A stretch of DNA of 63,360 nt, counting the filler, from Folioceros fuciformis (Eukaryota): the NCBI GenBank assembly GCA_049999805.1. It is 8 parts of 8 records of this genome, joined end to end, with 100 filler letters (N's around TTAATTAATTAA, not from the genome) between each part and the next. Parts side by side here need not be neighbours in the genome. Positions count along the whole stretch, not along the records: positions 58,884 to 61,077 come from JBNGIO010006218.1; positions 61,178 to 63,360 come from JBNGIO010006244.1; 6 more parts are not named here. One strand, given 5' to 3'. The notes beneath the pieces are model-generated. The model saw only the letters and a program-made list of their open reading frames with translations. It was not told the DNA's origin and ran no database searches. The translations under genes and the position numbers were made by a program. Positions 58,884 to 63,360 of this stretch are shown here, in pieces. Each line of letters begins with the position of its first letter. The first letter of the stretch is position 1.

Positions 58884-60447
58884 AGCCACAGTCATACGAG
58901 GAAGCACTCAGGAGGCCTGATTCTGCAGAATGGAAAAAGGCAATTCAATCTGAGTATGACTCACTCATCAAAAATGGGACTTGGGAATTGGCTAAATTAC
59001 CTCCAGGCCGAAAGATGGTATCCTGCAAATGGGTATTCAAGCTCAAGGTCAAAGCCGATGGAACCTTTGACAGATATAAAGCTCGGCTTGTTGCTCGAGG
59101 CTTCACACAAGTACCAGGGCTTGACTACTTTGAGACATATGCACCTGTTGTGAAGATGGCTACCTTTCGTACTCTATGTGCAGTTGCAGCACACAAGGAC
59201 TACGAGCTGCAAATGTTTGATGTCAAGACAGCCTTCTTACATGGAAAACTTGACACAGAAATTTACATGCAGCAGCCTCCTGGATATGAGGTACAGGGCA
59301 AGGAGGACTACGTTCTACGACTTATAAAGACCCTGTATGGCCTTAAACAATAAGCGCTTAAGTGGAACGAAGCTCTGGATGAAGAGCTTCTAGCCTTAGG
59401 TTTTGTAAAGTGCAAGGCAGACGGAAGCCTTTACGTCTACAGAAAGGACAATACAGTCTGTTACCTAGCTGTCTATGTAGATGACTTGATACTGGCCTAC
59501 AATAGCCCTACTTATATTACTGAGTTGAACAGACTGTTAGCAAGCAAGTTCGAGATGACCAATCTGGGTCCTCTACAAAGCTGTTTGGGTGTTCATATCC
59601 AAAGAAATAGGGATAGGAGAGTAATTACCTTGACTCAACCTAGGTATGTGCTTAATCGTGCTGAACAGATGGGTCTTAAGGACGCCAAACCAGCTTCAAC
59701 CCCTCTTCCTAGTGATCTCAAACTCAGTCGTGAGATGAGCCCTGAGACTCAGCCTGAACGGGAGGTTATGGCAAACATACCTTACAGAACAGGAGTAGGA
59801 AAACTTATATATGCCTCTAATACCACCAAACCTGACATAGCTTTTGCCACAAGCTCCTTGTCACAGTATTTAGAAAACCCCGGACAGGGGCATTGGCAAT
59901 GTCTTAAACGAGTCTTTAGATACTTGAAAGGAACATTCGATGTTGGATTCAAATACCAGCTTAGCAGTGAAGCTCTTGACCTAGAGGTTTTTACAGACTC
60001 AGCTTATGCTGGGGATGTGGACTCTAGGAGGTCTGTGTCAACCCTAAATCCTGATATGTGGTGAGCTTTGCTGGTGGTCCTATCTGTTGGAGCAGTAAGA
60101 AGCAGCCCACAGTAGCGACATCCAGCACAGAAGCAGAGTATCGAGTGTTGACAGCAGCTGCAAAGGAAGTTATATGGCTTAAGCTGCTGTTCAAGGAGAT
60201 AGGGATTGATCTGCCCACCTGTACAATCATAAACACTGACAGCCAGGGCTCAACGAACTTAGCTAAAAATCTGATCTTTCACTCAAAGACTAAACGCATA
60301 GAAGTGGAGTACCACTTCATCAGAGAGCTTGTTCAGGCAGGCAAAATTGTTCTGGAATATGTACCAATAGTAGAAAACCCAGTAGACATCCTTACCAAAG
60401 CTTTAGGAAGAGATATGCACCAGAACATGTTAAGAGGCTGGGCCTAG
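58884..60447 (+). mobile_element. Ty1/copia RT-RNase H fragment, degenerate
   Basis: [29 protein letters not shown] (stop 59351), VYVDD, SKKQPTVATSSTEAEY, KRIEVEYHFIRE. Frameshift near 60050. Confidence 0.92.
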
Positions 60448-61177
60448 GGAAGTCGGAGGACCTCCTCCAGCCACAACAAGTCTGAAAAGCAAATGCTATG
60501 CCTAATCCCAGCTGTAACGCGAGCTGAAATTGTTACTGTCTTCCTCCTGACGCGAATCAGGAGTTATGGGAGAATTGCCAGCATCACTGCTCGAGCTGGA
60601 AAACTCAGTCTCCGGTTCGCTGCAGGTGGTGAAACTCTCATCCGAGCGTGGGCTGTTATGTCTGCGTCTCTCCTCATATGAGATCCTTTCTGGAGAGAGA
60701 CAAGGCGGACTTCTTCTTGCAACCTGAGCTCAAAACCTGGAGACAGCAGCACAACTATGTTAGAAACAGTGGGAGAAAGGCATACAGGAGTCTGCAAAGA
60801 TGGCAGGCTTCACACACAGATGTAAACGAGGACGTGACTCACGATAGTAGCTGATCGTGTGGCCGGGAAATACTTTGCAGGGCTGAACCTTCACACGCTT
60901 CATCACCAAGCGGCTAAAACGGCAGCGATACCAAATAGGCGTACCTGGATTGAGCATGCTACTCACAGCTACGATCTTCGTCTCTTCCAGGTAGTCGTTA
61001 GTCTCAGGGAACATGAATGGCTTGCTGGGCTGATGCTGGGAATCTGCATACTCGCACTCCACTTCACTGCGGGAGCCNNNNNNNNNNNNNNNNNNNNNNN
61101 NNNNNNNNNNNNNNNNNNNNNTTAATTAATTAANNNNNNNNNNNNNNNNNNNNNNNNNNNNNNNNNNNNNNNNNNNN

Positions 61178-63360
61178 ATCAAGAGATGGGAGAAACCATC
61201 CACTCAAAAAGGCCTAAGATCGTTCCTAGGGTTGGCCAACTACTATCGGCGATTCATTCGGAATTTTTCGAAAATCGCTAAACCTTTATCGGACCTACTC
61301 AAGAAGGCGGTGTCGCAAGAGTGGGACGAGCCGTGCTACACGGCATTTCGGGAGCTTAAGGAGAAGCTTTCCTCCCCGCCGGTGTTAAAGTTTCCCGAGA
61401 CGGAGAAACCGTTCGAGGTGCACACGGACGCATCGGACTTCGCAATTGGTGGAGTTCTCATGCAAGAAGGTAGGCCCGTGGCCTTCGAAAGCAAAAAGCT
61501 TTCGGAGGTAGAACAAAGGTGGCCGACGCATGAGAAGGAAATGTATGCGGTGGTACATTGCCTCAAGTTGTGGCAACACCACCTAAGTTTGCACAAGACC
61601 ATTGTGTATACGGACAATGTGTCTTTGAAGTATTTTGAAAGTCAACCGAAGATCACGCCCAAACAATGGAGGTGGGCGGATGTTTTGGCCTCGTTCGACA
61701 TCGAATTAGTGCACAAGCCGGGTCGGGACAATGTGGTGCCCGACGCCTTGAGTCGAAGAGAGGAGCTTCGGCCTAGCCGCACCCAAATACTAAGGGTGAT
61801 CTATCACGGAGAAACGTTGGTGGAGAGAAAAATTCGTGAAGGATACCGGGGCGACAAGGAAGCGGGAGACATTCTAGCAAAGGTTAGGAAAGGCACAAAG
61901 GTGAAACAATTCACGTTGCACCGAGGCTTGATTAGGTACAAACAAAGTCGAATTTATGTACCCAAGGGGAAGTGGAGATTGACATTGCTCAAGGAAGAGC
62001 ATGATAACCCCTTGGCGGGTCATAGAGGAGAGAAACCAACCTTAGCCGCTATGGCGAAGCGGTACTATTGGCCGAACATGAAACGAGACATAAGCCACTA
62101 CGTTAAGACTTGTGTGGCGTGCCAACAAAATCGAGCCTCATACTTAAAGCAAGCGGGGTTGTTGAGGCCATTGCCGATTCCCACCCAATGTTGGGAAAGT
62201 ATTTCCATGGACTTTATGACGTCGTTGCCGGAATCCGGAGGATTCAACGCCATTTACGTAGTGGTAGATAGGTTTAGCAAGATGGCCCATTTTGCGCCGA
62301 CACGCGACACGGCGACGGCGCAAGAAACCGCAAGGTTGTTCTTCGAGTTGGTCGTGAAGCATCACGGAGTTCCGAAGGATATTGTGTCCGATAGAGACCC
62401 GAAATTCACAAGTAAGTTTTGGAAGGCGCTTTGGAAAAAGATGGGAACGGAACTCAAAATGAGCACCGCATTTAGACCACAAACCGATGGCCAAACCGAA
62501 AGGGTGAATTCGGTATTGAATCAATATTTGAGGAACTACGTGAGTGCGGACCAACGGGATTGGGTCGAATGGTTGGGGTTGGCGGAGTTTAGTTACAATA
62601 AAGCTAAACACTCCGCAACCGGTGAGTCCCCATTTATGGTGGCTCAAGGGCGGGAGCCCTTAACTCCCGCCGACTTAGCGAGCACATCGGCGACACTACC
62701 GGAAGCGGATCGAGTTAAGGAGGCGGATGATTTCGTTATGGAACGGAAATCGATGTTGGAACGTACTAGGTTGCTCCTCGAGAAGGCGCAAAGCAAGTAT
62801 GTAAAGCAAGTCAACAAAGGGCGAAGACAAGTGGAATTCACCGAGGGCCAAAAGGTGTGGCTCAACGTGAAGAACTTTGCAAGACCGGAAGGCCTCACAA
62901 CAAAGTTTATGGCAAAGTTTGCGGGACCGTTTCGCATTGTTAAACGAGTGTTTGATGATGTGTATAAGTTGGAGTTACCCAAAGAGATAAAGGTCCACCC
63001 TACCTTTCATGTTTCGTTACTCAAACCGTATTTCGAAGATACTTCGAGGCCGGAACGACAACAAGTGTTGCGGCCTCAACCCGAGTTGGTGGGCGAACAT
63101 GTGGAATTCGAAGTGGAGGCCATATTGAATAGCAAAAATACACGCAAGCAAGGGAAACAATATCTTGTGAAATGGAAAGGTTATGGAGTGAACGAAGCAA
63201 CTTGGGAACCGGCATCGGCTCTAAAGAATGCAAAGGAAGTGGTGGAAAATTTTGAGACGGCGGGACGACCAACAAAACGGCGGCGAACACGTTGATGAGG
63301 ACATCAACCTCAAGAGGAGGGGGGTGAAAATAAATGGATTTAGCTTGCATAAGTTTTGGC
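61178..63360 (+). mobile_element. Chromovirus Ty3/gypsy (Tcn1-like): RT end, RNase H, integrase, group I chromodomain, PPT and LTR start; ORF intact to 63295
   Basis: LRSFLGLANYYRRFI, VHTDASDFAIG, WESISMDFM, PQTDGQTER, FAGPF, FEVEAIL...YLVKWKGY...TWEP. PPT aagaggaggggg, then TG at 63325. Confidence 0.93.

Overview
Eukaryotic nuclear DNA from a land plant with a compact genome. Introns are about 80-200 bp and TE types are bryophyte/lycophyte-like; a hornwort-like source is an inference only. The left part (1-26.5 kb) is gene-dense: an intronless eIF(iso)4G (5'-partial), an unidentified multi-exon coiled-coil gene, a complete TEBICHI/DNA polymerase theta, an intronless HAKAI, a PP2C + protein-kinase fusion gene, and a processed nCBP (eIF4E-family) pseudogene. 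The right part (28-63 kb) is a set of contigs joined by artificial N44-TTAATTAATTAA-N44 linkers. It holds mostly nested Ty1/copia and Ty3/gypsy elements, two CRE-like non-LTR remnants and the 3' half of a dymeclin gene. Two retroelement architectures stand out. (i) A non-chromovirus gypsy element has an intact 524-aa accessory ORF downstream of its polypurine tract and a TATA box, apparently inside the LTR. (ii) Two diverged members of one copia family both carry an extra Arg-rich/helical ORF at the same position between the PBS and gag.
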